The notes under the pieces are model-generated. The model had not been told where the DNA came from, did not search any database, and was given only the letters and a program-made list of their open reading frames with translations. A DNA stretch of 64,000 nt from the NCBI GenBank assembly GCA_964016885.1, contig OZ024745.1:71734001-71798000 (forward strand), written 5' to 3'. The stretch's first letter is position 1, and each line of letters starts with the position of its first letter. This DNA comes from Eledone cirrhosa (taxonomy: Eukaryota). This document shows positions 1-12,400 of this stretch, piece by piece. A program made the translations under genes and the position numbers.

Positions 1-197
1 CCCCTTCACACATATTAATAAAGTATAATTGTCAGAAGATGTAATAAAACATTGTTGATCACTCGGATAAAAAATATGATATATTTGAATCTGATAAGTT
101 CCATGGAGGATTTAATAACTAGAATCAATGTTTAATCACATTTGATCCAAGTGATAAACAGTGTTTTATTACTTGTAACAATTATGTTTATATATAT

Positions 198-429
198 TAT
201 TTAATTACATAAACAACACAATATAATAATTCCATTACCAAAGGTTTCAAGAAACTAGACGATCCTTACAGAAACGTCCAGTCCCTTTCATCAGATGAAA
301 TAGTTATCTATAAATAGTTAACTATTTCATTTGATGTATGGGTTGGACATTTCTGTAAGGATTGTCTAATTTCTTGAAACCTTTGGTAATATAATAATTA
401 TATTATGTTGTTTATTATGTAATTAAATA
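198..429. repeat. Diverged fold-back (arms about 110 bp) carrying the hammerhead and a decayed inverted copy
   Basis: Arms mirror around about 311. The right-arm core reads TTGATGT instead of CTGATGA. Confidence 0.85.
229..301 (-). ncRNA. Type I hammerhead ribozyme (near-canonical)
   Basis: Minus strand: ATTTCAT-CTGATGA-AAGGGACTGGACG(loop)CGTCTAGTTTCTT-GAAA-CC TTT GG-TA-ATGGAAT. Stem I 7 bp, stem II 13 bp, short stem III, GUA cleavage triplet at 236-238. Confidence 0.75.
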
Positions 430-948
430 GCTCTGTACTATACATAGAGCACTCTTCTTTCCTTTACCTTTTCTACAGAAATACTTATATATATATATAT
501 ATAGATATATATATATATATACACACACACATACACAACATATACACCATGTAAATGTTGCATTATATATGGAGTTAAGAATTTTACTATTTCTATTCCA
601 GTTTGATTTTTGTTAATCTTTACAGTAACCAACACAAACCTCATTATAATAACATTGTCATATCTTCCGTGCACATCGAGAAATCATTCATTGTTCTCTT
701 TAAGTTGTTTCATATTAAACACACACCCTAACTTCACCACTTCCACATTGCAACAGCTTCATTTTTCACAAAGATATTTTTAATATTTTTTTTCCAAATA
801 TTTTTTTCATATAATATTTTTAAAGTTATTTTGTTTACCAAAACTTCCCATTGGGATAACTTCATGTTTTGTCATGAAACTAAAAAGGGATATTTCAAAG
901 TCATTTACATCCTTCACTGTTGTTGAAAACATACAGGATGTTTTTGTT

Positions 949-981
<33 letters not shown>

Positions 982-1180
982 CTTCATGGAAATGGTTTAT
1001 TTCTATTGGTTTGGGATTAAATCTTCAGATTAATTTATTTATTTATTATTACTATTAATAGTAAGAAAAATCTTAATTGTCTTGAGAGCAAAAAAAAACA
1101 AAAATTATCTAAAAGATATGCTTTTTAAAATTATATATCATGTTATTGTAAATACATTTATCATTAGTATGGATTTGGAA

Positions 1181-1214
<34 letters not shown>

Positions 1215-2051
1215 TTCAAGAAATGACAAGACAAACAAATGCAAAAACACAATCTTATCAGTATACGCATGCACACACACATATATAGGGATAACATATT
1301 ACTGGCAAGACCATTATTCAATTTAGTACTTAGTAGTGTCCATATATTATTCATTTCCTGTAAGTCCAACAGTTAAGCTTAAACTGTTTTAATGGTCGTC
1401 AGTCTACATATGAATAATATCTATCTATCTATATATATATATATAAACATACACAATAATTTTGTATGATTATATATATTATATATATAAGCATACACAA
1501 TTTTTGTATAAATATATATAAGCATACACAATTATATATATATATATATATATAAGCATACACAATAATTTTGTATGATTATATATATATAAACATACAT
1601 AATTATTGTGTGATTATTCAGCATTAAATGATATTACAGATTTATTTCTCTTTAAAAAAGAACTAACCTCATATATTATAATCTTTGTTTAAACATCATA
1701 ATCATTGTTTTCTGTTGAACACACATATGTTGTGTGTATGTATCTATCGTCAGGTTTAATGTGATCCATAATGGCTAATTGTTTTAATTACATGCAACAT
1801 AAACATCTACAAGGAAATAGTTTTTTTAACAAAGAAAAAAGCTTATTGTGTGCCTTGTTAATTTTTTTCATTTTTGTTTTATGAGGGAACATCTTCAAAT
1901 TACTTTCTAAAGTAATCTTGTTTCTCTCTCTCATATATATATATATATACACATACATATGTGTGTATATATACATGTGTGTATGTGTGTGCATATATAT
2001 TATACACACACACACGTATATATATATAATATAAATATATTATACACACAC

Positions 2052-2096
<45 letters not shown>

Positions 2097-2277
2097 AACT
2101 GTTACTGCAAAAGAATTTGTTACAATTTATTTTAGCTTCAGATTTGTCATATGTATAAATTTTCTGGGTTGTTTATATTTTACCATCTCTGTAGTTCTGT
2201 AGCAAAGCATTAACTTATTGAATAACTAATGTTTCAGATACACCATCTGTTACTTCCTCCTTGTCAAACTATCTTCC

Positions 2278-2324
<47 letters not shown>

Positions 2325-5300
2325 ATGTGTGTGTGTGTGTGTGTGAGTGCACATGCAAATCATCAGACTGAGTGGTTGTTCATGTTTGATGATTTTTAGA
2401 TTCAATAAGGTATTATTGTTGTCTATCTGAAACTATTAGCAGTATGCTTTGTCATAAACTCCAAAATTGTAATATATGGTTTCTTAGCTTTTTGGTGAGA
2501 GTGGGCTGTTTTTTTATTTAAAAAAAAGAACAATTTAGGACATGCTTCTTATTCTCTATTATATAAGCTTCATTCCTAAATCAGCATCACAAAATCTAAT
2601 AGAAGAATTCTAAGATATTCTCCTTTCTTTCCTTAATCTCCTTAGATATATTTTCCTCATCCTGCATAAATTATTAGTATCTGTATTAATGAAATACTTG
2701 CTTTTAGTTTGGCTGCAGTAGTTGTAGTTTGTTGACTGGATGCATATATCAAACTTTTGTAACAACAATCAAAGAAACTGAAACTCCTAAGGGATATATA
2801 TATTACTTAACTGAGTTTACCCCCGATTGAACCCGGGACTCATATATATATTATGTCAAAGTTGTATTTAATTGGTATCTTGATTTGAAACTAATGTCAT
2901 TACATCGTAGAAGAATTATTTTAGCTATTTCGAAAGACACACAAAATCTGTTAAATTCATTTTTCATTTATTTCTTGATGTTAAACATTTTCATTATATT
3001 GTTTGTGACCTGGTCACTGGCATAATTCCACTTAGGCTGATTAGAAAAGATTTGACACCAGGAAATAATTTTAAAGTGATTTTTAACAGTTTTTCTTTTT
3101 TTTCTTTCTTTTTTTGAATGTCTAAAAATCTATGATGTAATATATATACACACACAAAGTCAGAAGAAACACGTATATATTTAAACATAAGCATAGATAC
3201 ATGTGTGTAGCCCACCTTCAACAATGTGGCTGAATGAATGAATGAATTAAATAAATACTCATTAATCAGAGCTATATAAAATTATAAGTTTGAAGAACAG
3301 TCAGATAAAATTTACCTAATTTTTCTGTTCTTCAAACTTATAATTTATATATATATATATATATATATACATACATACACACATTTGTATAGCTTTGGTT
3401 AAATATACTGTTTCTGTACAGATATGTATTTACAATAGTAGAATAAGTACATGTGTTTTTAATAGGTAAATAACTAAATTATTGTTTAACCTGGAGTTCA
3501 TTACGTAAATTATTTGTTCCAGCACCCCCTATATTCTGAGTTCAAATCCTGCTGAGGTCAACTTTATTTTTCACCCTTTCAGGGTTGACAAACTAGAGTG
3601 CTAGTCAAGTACTGTGATGATGTAATTGACTTTCCCCTCCCCTAACCAGTTGCTGGCCTTGTGTCTAAATTAGAAATCAAGATTATTATTACTATTGTTT
3701 TTGTTACTAATACAACAATATAAGGGCAGTGGGTTAGTAGAAGTGTTTGTATTAGACAAAATGAACTGCAGTATTTATTCCAGTTCTTTATGTTCTGAGT
3801 TCAAATACTGCTAAAGTCTATTTTGCCTTTCATTCTTCTAGGCTTAATAAAACAAAATACTAGTCAAATACTGGAGCCAATGTAAATCAACTTATCCCTT
3901 CCCTTATCTACTTATACCCAAACAAATTTATTGAATATAGAATTACAACTAATTCATCAATTCACATGAGAAAATAATCAGTAAATTATAAATGCAAATG
4001 CACCTTTACTGCTCAAATTATTTTTTAATTAAGAGGATGGCTTTGGTGGGCATGGTTATAAAAGGATAAATAAATGCAACCTAGTAAATTCACCCCATGT
4101 GTACTCTTAAGCTTTTATTTACCTCTATGGGTCTATACAGTCCACTTTGAGAAGCCCTAATATAAATGAATAATATTTTGTGAGTGAAATTCTTTGTGGA
4201 ATGGAATATGTATCCAGCCAACAAAATATTACAAGGAAAACAACAAAAAAGACAATCTTTTGTAAGGAATTCCACACAAGACTCTTGAATTGTCAAATTA
4301 TTTGCAAAATTGTTTTGGTTAGAGATTCCTATCTTTGCTTAGAATTTAACGTGGCAGTTCTAAGTCTCATGTAAATTGTGTGTGTACGTATATATATTAT
4401 GGGGTTAACCGACTAGGGATGTGTGGACCACATTACGGTCGACTAGTTGCGAAGCAGATATATATATATATATATATGTGCACGAATATATACGTACGTG
4501 TATATATATATATATATATATACACATACGTATATATGTACATGTGTATGTATATGTTTGTGTGTGAGTGTGTGTATATATATATATAATGTATACATAC
4601 ATACACTCATTCTTTTGTATATGAAGAAAAAAAAAAACATTTTTCCGTTTTTTTTTTTTTTTTTTGTTTTTTTTTTCTCAGTCATCCAAAAACCTGTTGA
4701 ACAGTCATTGCCATTATGTTTTGTGGAAATAAATAATAGAAATTTAGTATCCAAAAGCCTGACTGTTTTTAATATTGATATTGTTTATATTTCATTGAAC
4801 TTTATTATATGTTGTGGTAACTAGTAAGACAGCTGAGAGTTGCTTTATTGAGATCTTTGCAGTATTTGCAAATGTTCTTGGAATTTTGAAAAGAACTATT
4901 TATTTCGACTACATGGATAGATTGTTCTCATGTTTTTCATGCCTGGTTACCCCCCCCCCCCCTGCCCATCATTCACTTTTCCATTCTGGCATGGGTTGGA
5001 TGTGTTGTTACATTCTAAATCTAGATAGGTCTAAGGACTATGCCATGCTCATGTATTCTATTTTGGCTTGGTTGCCCTTCCTAGCATCAACACGTTTATG
5101 GAGTGTACTGGGGGCATTTTATTGTGGCAATTGCACTATCACTTTACAGAGTGTACTGGGTGCATTTCATTGTGGCATCAACACTACTAGTAGTGTTGGT
5201 GACACAATATTAATTTGTTACTTAAAACAAGCAAGTGATTTACTAATAGCAGGATTTACAAAGGTATATGAACAGTCTACTCATAGTTGGAAAGAAAGGT

Positions 5301-6229
5301 TTTGGTTTGAAATTCTGAGAATGTTAACAAATATGACAGGCACCTGAAACTTTGACAGGCAACTGAAACTTTGTAATTATAACAACCTAGGTAAAGACAC
5401 TCATATTATTTTCATTTTCCATCCTGGCATAAGTTGAACAGGCCATTGTGGTCTGACAGACTGGTTGGAGAATCATATTTGATAAATATATCATTTTTCA
5501 TCTCAGAAATTCAGATGAAATCTGTAAGCTGACAGAGAAATAGAACTTTAGTAGGAATTAATAGTGGGGTCACCTTTTAGAAATGAAGTCCATGAACTGT
5601 TCAGGTGGTTACCTAGTTGTAATTGATTGTATCTGTTATATTAGTGATATTGAGGTATATATAGCGAATGTTGTGAGTTCAATTCCTCGATGAAGTGGTG
5701 TGATGTTTCCTTCAACAGGATATTTTATCTCTCATTGCTCCAGTCAACTCAACTGGGAAAAAATGACTTGCAATGACATTAGTGCCAAGCCATATCTGCT
5801 GTTACTTTGAATGACATTGGTAGCATGGAGAGGATCAAAGGGGAGAATCAATAGCTAATAAAATGAAGAGGGAGTTGAATCGAAGAAGGATACTATCTTC
5901 GTTGGGAACCAGCAGATTGTACCAAGTGTATACAGTATTGTAATGAGACATAGGCACTAAATAAAGATCAAGAAAGAAATGAGGCGAGTATGACCTATTG
6001 TTGGATGTGTAAATTTACTGTTAATCCTTCCAAAGTCAATAAAGTATAAGACTAAGGTGGTGGACTGATGAAATTGTTAGTGTTGGACTGGAGGCCTTGT
6101 GATATTTTCTTAGGACCTTTGTGTTTTGAGTTGAAATACTGTTGTGGTCTATATGAGTGATAAACTTATTCCCTTGTTTGGTTTAAGAGCATCATCAGGC
6201 TCTTGAATGCCTTGAGTAGAGTCTACTCT

Positions 6230-7330
6230 GCTGCAAGCACTCAGACCAGCTCTCTCTTTTAATGAAACCTTTTTTCCATCTTTCTTCTCCCTCCTGATTT
6301 AGTTAATAAAAAAGGAAACTAATCACTTCTGGAAGATATGCTGGCTATTCTATTCCTTAATGTTTGAACTGAAAAGACAGCTGTAGGAATTATATATATT
6401 GCCCAATGATACAGTGTAACATGATACCTGCACCAGAATTTGAACATGATGACATCAAAACAAGATCCACTCACGCATAGTGGACATCTTCCTGTGTGTT
6501 GATACCCACGTGCAGGTCGCCTCATGGTCCCAGGGGGAAGAATAGAGGATGGCGAGAGAGACACATTGTAATAGCTATTCCAACTCCCAGGGCTTACTCA
6601 TGAATAGGGAGGTGATCTGGGAGCCAAGAACACTGGAAGTCTCCACTACCACAGGTTTGACCTCAAACCTATTGGAGAGTAACAGATACTTCAAAGGTTT
6701 TCCCTCTTTGGCTTGATGAGCAATGAAGCCTGGATTAATCACCAGGTGTTGCTGTATGTAGAATCTCAGATGAGGGAGTTTGCCACTGCAGAGTAGGAAG
6801 ATGGTTATGCTGACTGACCTTTTGCTGTTCCCTTGGTTGAGCCGCGCCAGCTGAAGCTTGGAAGGGAAGCTTGCGGCGTCTAAGTAATGCTTAATGGTGT
6901 CATTGAGAACAGCATGGTGTGCGAGGTGGCCAGTCTTATGGTAGCAAGACAGTGGATAAAGACATGAATCTGCAGTGGCATTTGTATGGCTCACAGATCC
7001 GGAAGCTGAGCCTCATTGAAACACTGATATACAGTTGCTGTTCAGCTGAGTGCCAGTTGAGAGTGAAGGTATGGTGTTTAGCTAGGCACCGCTGGGAGAC
7101 AGTGAAAACATGACAGATGGTATTGGTGCATTAGCCTCTCTGAGACCATGTCGCACTGGATGGTGTTTCATTTGCTTTGAGGGACTGAATGTATGGAGAA
7201 AGGAAGCTAAGCTAATTCCAAGTCGCATAGGCTGGATCTCGTTCCCTGATCACACTAGGTTTCATTGTGTTGTAGAGAACTTTGTTGATGAGGACATGGC
7301 AAGATGTCACCAACAAAAGAAATGCCAGTA
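6230..7330 (-). mobile_element. Decayed CRE-like non-LTR retroelement (restriction-like endonuclease end)
   Basis: HxLSC...HAVLND.I...L..A.FPS.L....L..G..KR..SITIF....GK...KY..L...F...P..VET..VLG pattern in ORF 6575-6994. Confidence 0.65.
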
Positions 7331-7704
7331 AAGCCAGTGGAACTGGAGACTGGAGATCAAAACCACCATATCTGATGATTAAGGTGATTTGTTGTCATCC
7401 AGTGTTATACCTATTCTAAATTGCACAGATAACACTTGTAAACTCAGATATCAAAGTTCCGTATATATTCAAATGTAAGCTGACTCCTCTCCCTCTTTTG
7501 TCTGAGAAATGGGCAAAAATCCAAACCTCGTTTATAAACCGAGGCAGTTAATAAACACATTTTACCATCAATATTTTAGTCACATGTTCCTTGGCTTGTA
7601 TTCGAGTATGTATGGTACATACATATTGAAACCTTTAACAGATGGTCGACACAGCACGAGTAACACTAGTAAACTCAGAGATCAAACTAATACACATTGA
7701 CACC

Positions 7705-7920
7705 TTAACCCTTTAGCATTTAAACTGGCCGTATCCAGTCACAATTCTCTCACCTCTTTCTGTTCAAACCAGCCGTAACTGGCCACTCATACTGATGTTA
7801 AGGTATTGTTCTCAAAATAAATAATACCAAAATCTCATAGATTCAATATTATGCGAGATAAAACTTTTACCATGAAAATGTATCAGTAAATATGGAGTAA
7901 TGTAAATGCTAAAGGGTTAA
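7705..7920. mobile_element. piggyBac-type MITE (about 215 bp); further copies at 8784-9000, 29401-29590 and 36577-36792
   Basis: TTAA-CCCTTTAGCATTTA ... TAAATGCTAAAGGG-TTAA: terminal inverted repeats with TTAA target. Confidence 0.85.
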
Positions 7921-9340
7921 ACAGATGGCTCGCACAGCACAGGTAATACTAGTAAACTCAGAGATCAAAGTAATACACATTGACACCTTAAACAGATAAT
8001 TCTTTTTTCACTAAAAAAATAAGAATGAACTGAAAATTTAATTTTCACACTTCAGGAAAGAAATATAATTTTTGTTAACAACGGATGTTTCATCCTTATT
8101 AAGTAACACTTTTATATATGTCGAGGTAAAAACTGGTTTCTTTTTAAGTAAGTCTACAAAGATACAGATATTACCTTGTAATCTCCTTTTCGCCCACTTA
8201 TTCCATGTGGAAGCAGAATCTTCAAACACTCCTTCCTGTCAGAAGCAACTGTCTAAACTGATCCGGCTGGATCCCCAAGCGAAACCAGCCAAGCTCATAG
8301 ATGCAATCCAACCATCTTGCTCAGTGTCTACCCCTGGGTTTCCTGCCAGTTGATTTTGCCCATAAAATTTGTTCGATTCTTTCCTGAGACATTCTAACCA
8401 CATGCCCATAGTATTGGAGCTGTGATCTCTCAATCTAGAGAGATTAGAATTACTCGACATTAGAAATATATTCCACCAGTTATTTGCCCACAGAAAACCC
8501 ATAACCAAAGGTGGTTTCAGCATTAAAAGGGTTAAAATGGTAGCATGTTTTTTTATCAATTTTTTTTCATTCCTTTACAAGAAAAACAGAACTTAGTATT
8601 TCAGAAAAAAATCAGTGAAATGTTTTATTACAAAGTTCAAATAGAGAAAAGTAAAAGAAAATTAAAAAATAGTCCATATTTCTAAAATGTGAAAATAAAC
8701 TAAATTTGACAAAATTATGTTTATAGATAATTTTGTGACATTTCTATAGTTTTGATGGCGTTTCATTAACTATTTGTGTTACCTTAACCCTTTAGCATTT
8801 CAACTAGCCATATCTGGCCAGAATTCTCTGACCTCTTTCTGTTCAAACCAGCCGTAACTGGCCACTCATACTAATGTTAAGGTATTGTTCTCAAAATAAA
8901 TAATATCAAAATCTCATAGATTCGATATTATGTGAGATTAAAGTCCTTACCTCGAAAATACAATAATAAATATAAAGTAATGTAAATGCTAAGGGGTTAA
9001 CTATTATGAATATTAGAAATTAGAAAATAAATGAAAGGTGAAGTGAAAATTAACATGGAGCTGTTTGTTGCTAGTCTGATTAATTTTTCAATGATTTTTA
9101 AAGTTATATTTCAAACTATATTAAAGGAAAAGTAAAAAAATCCTGATCCTTAGATCAGACCAAAGAAACAATGTTCCTATTATTTTTTTAATTGCTGTTA
9201 ATATCTGCCAATTGTAATTTTTGACAGTAACATTGATGGTAATCATGAGAAGTATATTTGTGACATTAGATTGTAATGGTTAGTATTTCTTTTAGTGATT
9301 GAAAGACATTATCATTATTTTGTATATCTAATTATGTATT

Positions 9341-9445
9341 TTATTGATCTTTAAGTTTTATAAAACCGGATGTACTCGAAAAATACTTTTGGTTGGCTTC
9401 CATCATTTTCTTTTCAGCTGCTTGGGGATTTACTATCTCCAAACC
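9341..9445 (-). CDS. PRPF31: PRPF31 last coding exon (GLEIVNPQAAEKKMMEANQKYFSSTSGFIKLKDQ*)
   Basis: tcttccatag/ acceptor; TAA at 9341-9343 overlaps an AATAAA. Confidence 0.95.
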   Translation of the reverse strand, partial: GLEIVNPQAAEKKMMEANQKYFSSTSGFIKLKDQ

Positions 9446-12400
9446 CTATGGAAGAGACAAGATACAAAAAAGACTGTGAAAGGTTGAAAGACTATGACCC
9501 AGTATTGGTATTTTATATTATAGACTGTGAAAAGATGAAAGACCATGACCCAGTATTGGTATTTTATATTATAGACTGTGAAAAGATGAAAGACCATGAC
9601 CCAGTATTGGTATTTTATATTATAGACTGTGAAAAGATGAAAGACCATGACCCACTATTGGTATTTTATATTATAGACTGTGAAAAGATGAAAGACCATG
9701 ACCCAGTATTGGTATTTTATATTATAGACTGTGAAAAGATGAAAGACCATGACCCACTATTGGTATTTTATATTATAGACTGTGAAAAGATGAAAGACCA
9801 TGACCCAGTATTGGTATTTTATATTATAGACTGTGAAAAGATGAAAGACCATGACCCAGTATTGGTATTTTATATTATAGACTGTGAAAAGATGAAAGAC
9901 CATGACCCAGTATTGGTATTTTATATTATAGCCTGTGAAAAGATGAAAGACCATGACCCAGTATTGGTATTTTATATTATAGACTGTGAAAAGATGAAAG
10001 ACCATGACCCAGTATTGGTATTTTATATTATAGACTGTGAAAAGATGAAAGATCATGACCCAGTATTGGTATTTTATATTATAGACTGTGAAAAGATGAA
10101 AGACCATGACCCAGTATTGGTATTTTATATTATAGACTGTGAAAAGATGAAAGACCATGACCCAGTATTGGTATTTTATATTCTAGACTGTGAAAAGATG
10201 AAAGACCATGACCCAGTATTGGTATTTTATATTCTAGACTGAAAAGATGAAAGATCATGACCCAGTATTGGTATTTTATATTCTAGACTGTGAAAAGATG
10301 AAAGATCATGACCCAGTATTGGTATTTTATATTATAGACTGTGAAAAGATGAAAGACCATGACCCAGTATTGGTATTTTATATTATAGACTGTGAAAAGA
10401 TGAAAGACCATGACCCAGTATTGGTATTTTATATTATAGACTGTGAAAAGATGAAAGATCATGACCCAGTATTGGTATTTTATATTCTAGACTGAAAAGA
10501 TGAAAGATCATGACCCAGTATTGGTATTTTATATTCTAGACTGTGAAAAGATGAAAGATCATGACCCAGTATTGGTATTTTATATTATAGACTGTGAAAA
10601 GATGAAAGATCATGACCCAGTATTGGTATTTTATATTATAGAGGGTGAATGCAAGAATCATCAAACTCAGACTCATCCTGAATAAAACAATTGCCACAAT
10701 AGTATCAGCTTATGCACCCCAATCGGGGTTGCTAGACGAACTTAAGAATAGATTTTATGAGTCCCTAATGCACACTACTGCCCTAACACGCAACAATGAC
10801 TTCCTAATTATTGCAGGAGATTTCAATGGACATGTTGGAAAACACAGTGATGGCTTCTATAGAGTCCATGGAGGCCACGGGTTTGGCACAAGAAATGGAG
10901 AAGGCTACTGGAATTCTGCGACGCCAATGGCATGTCGATATGTAACACAAACTTCAAAACCCCGACAACCATCTGATCACCTATAGATCAGGGGAGCATT
11001 CTACTCAGATAGATTTTATCCTCATCAGAGGGCGTGATAGATGGACGGTTGTAAACACAAATTTCTTCCCTGGTGAGGAATGTACCTCCCAACATAACTT
11101 AGTTGTCAGCGACCTTGCTGTCAAAACTAGACAAACTTGGAAACAGAAGGCAACCTGGAGAAGAAAGATCTGGCAGCTGGAAGTAACAGGTTTAAAGATA
11201 TTCTACTCGACGCCTATGACAGTAAAGAAGAACAGATAGAGACATTCAATGTAGAAGAACACTGGGAGTTCCTACAAAATAACTTACTAAAGGCGACGGA
11301 CGAGATCTGTGGTTGGAGCAAGTCCACAGGGAGGAGGAGAGTGACTTGGTGGTGGAACTATAAGGTAGATGAGGCAGTTAAGGCCAAGAGACAGGCATGA
11401 AAAGAATGGAAGAACGGGGGTAGCAGGGTACATTACATAGAGACCAGGAGGGAAGCTAGACGACAAGTATACTTAACTAGAAAGGAAGCAGAGGATAGAA
11501 AATTCAAGCATGTTTTGCAATGTGAGGACCAGAAACAGGAGGTGTTCAAGATTGCGAGGCAGTGTGTCAGAGAGAATTGTGATGTCATTGGAGAGAAGTG
11601 TATCCGGAATGATAAAGGTGAGCTTGCCTTCACAAGTGCTGAGAAGAAAGCTGCATGGAAGAGCTATTATGAGAGATTACTAAACGAGGAGAATGCATGG
11701 GAAAAAGAGACCCTACCCCAACCGGACCCTATAGAGGGGCCAGCAGTGTAGTAAGTAAGGCAATCAAAGATATGAAGACAGGGAAGGCAACCGGTCCATC
11801 GGGTATAGCTATCGAGATGCTGAAGGCATCTGGGTCGGAAGGTCACACCATAACCACACAAATTGTTAACCAGGTAATACTAGAGGGTATCATACCAAAG
11901 GATTAGTGCAGCAGCATTATTGTCAACTGCTACAAAGGTAAAGGTGATGACTAGATAGAAGAAACTATAAAGGTATAAAGTTGATGGACCAGGTCATGAA
12001 AGTAACGGAAAGAGTTATAGCACAGTTGATTAGGGACTGGGTGAAACTAGATGAGATGCAATTTGGGTTTGTACCAGGAAAAGGCACCACTGATGCCCTC
12101 TTCCTTGTGAGGCAGTTACAGGAAAAGTACCTAGCTAAAAGTAAGCCGCTCTAACTGGCATTCTCCGATCTGGGAAAAGCCTTCGACAGAGAACCCCGTG
12201 CTATAATCTGGTGGGCTCTTAGAAAATTAGGAGTAGATGAATGGCTTGTGAAAGCTGTACAAGCCATGTATAGAGGAGCAGTCAGCAAAGTTAGGGTTAG
12301 CAATGACTATAGCGAGGAATTTAGCATACAGGTTGGTGTCCACCAGGGCTCTGTTCTTAGCCCTCTCCTGTTCATTATAGTTTTGCAGGCAATAACGAAG

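Noticed and set aside
438-5350. Short ORFs and possible plus-strand exons in the first 5 kb
   Set aside because: Mostly (TA)n/(TG)n translations; no recognisable domains or consistent splice chain.
8038-8559. Overlapping short ORFs downstream of PRPF31
   Set aside because: No recognisable motif in any frame; probably 3' flank or UTR.
9472-10640. CRISPR-like array
   Set aside because: Units are contiguous with no unique spacers; eukaryotic intron; no cas genes.
9370-10685. Plus-strand 290-aa DCEKMKDHDPVLVFYII repeat ORF, and an apparent plus-strand exon at 9418-9507
   Set aside because: Translation of a 51-bp minisatellite; the unique part is the antisense of the PRPF31 last exon.
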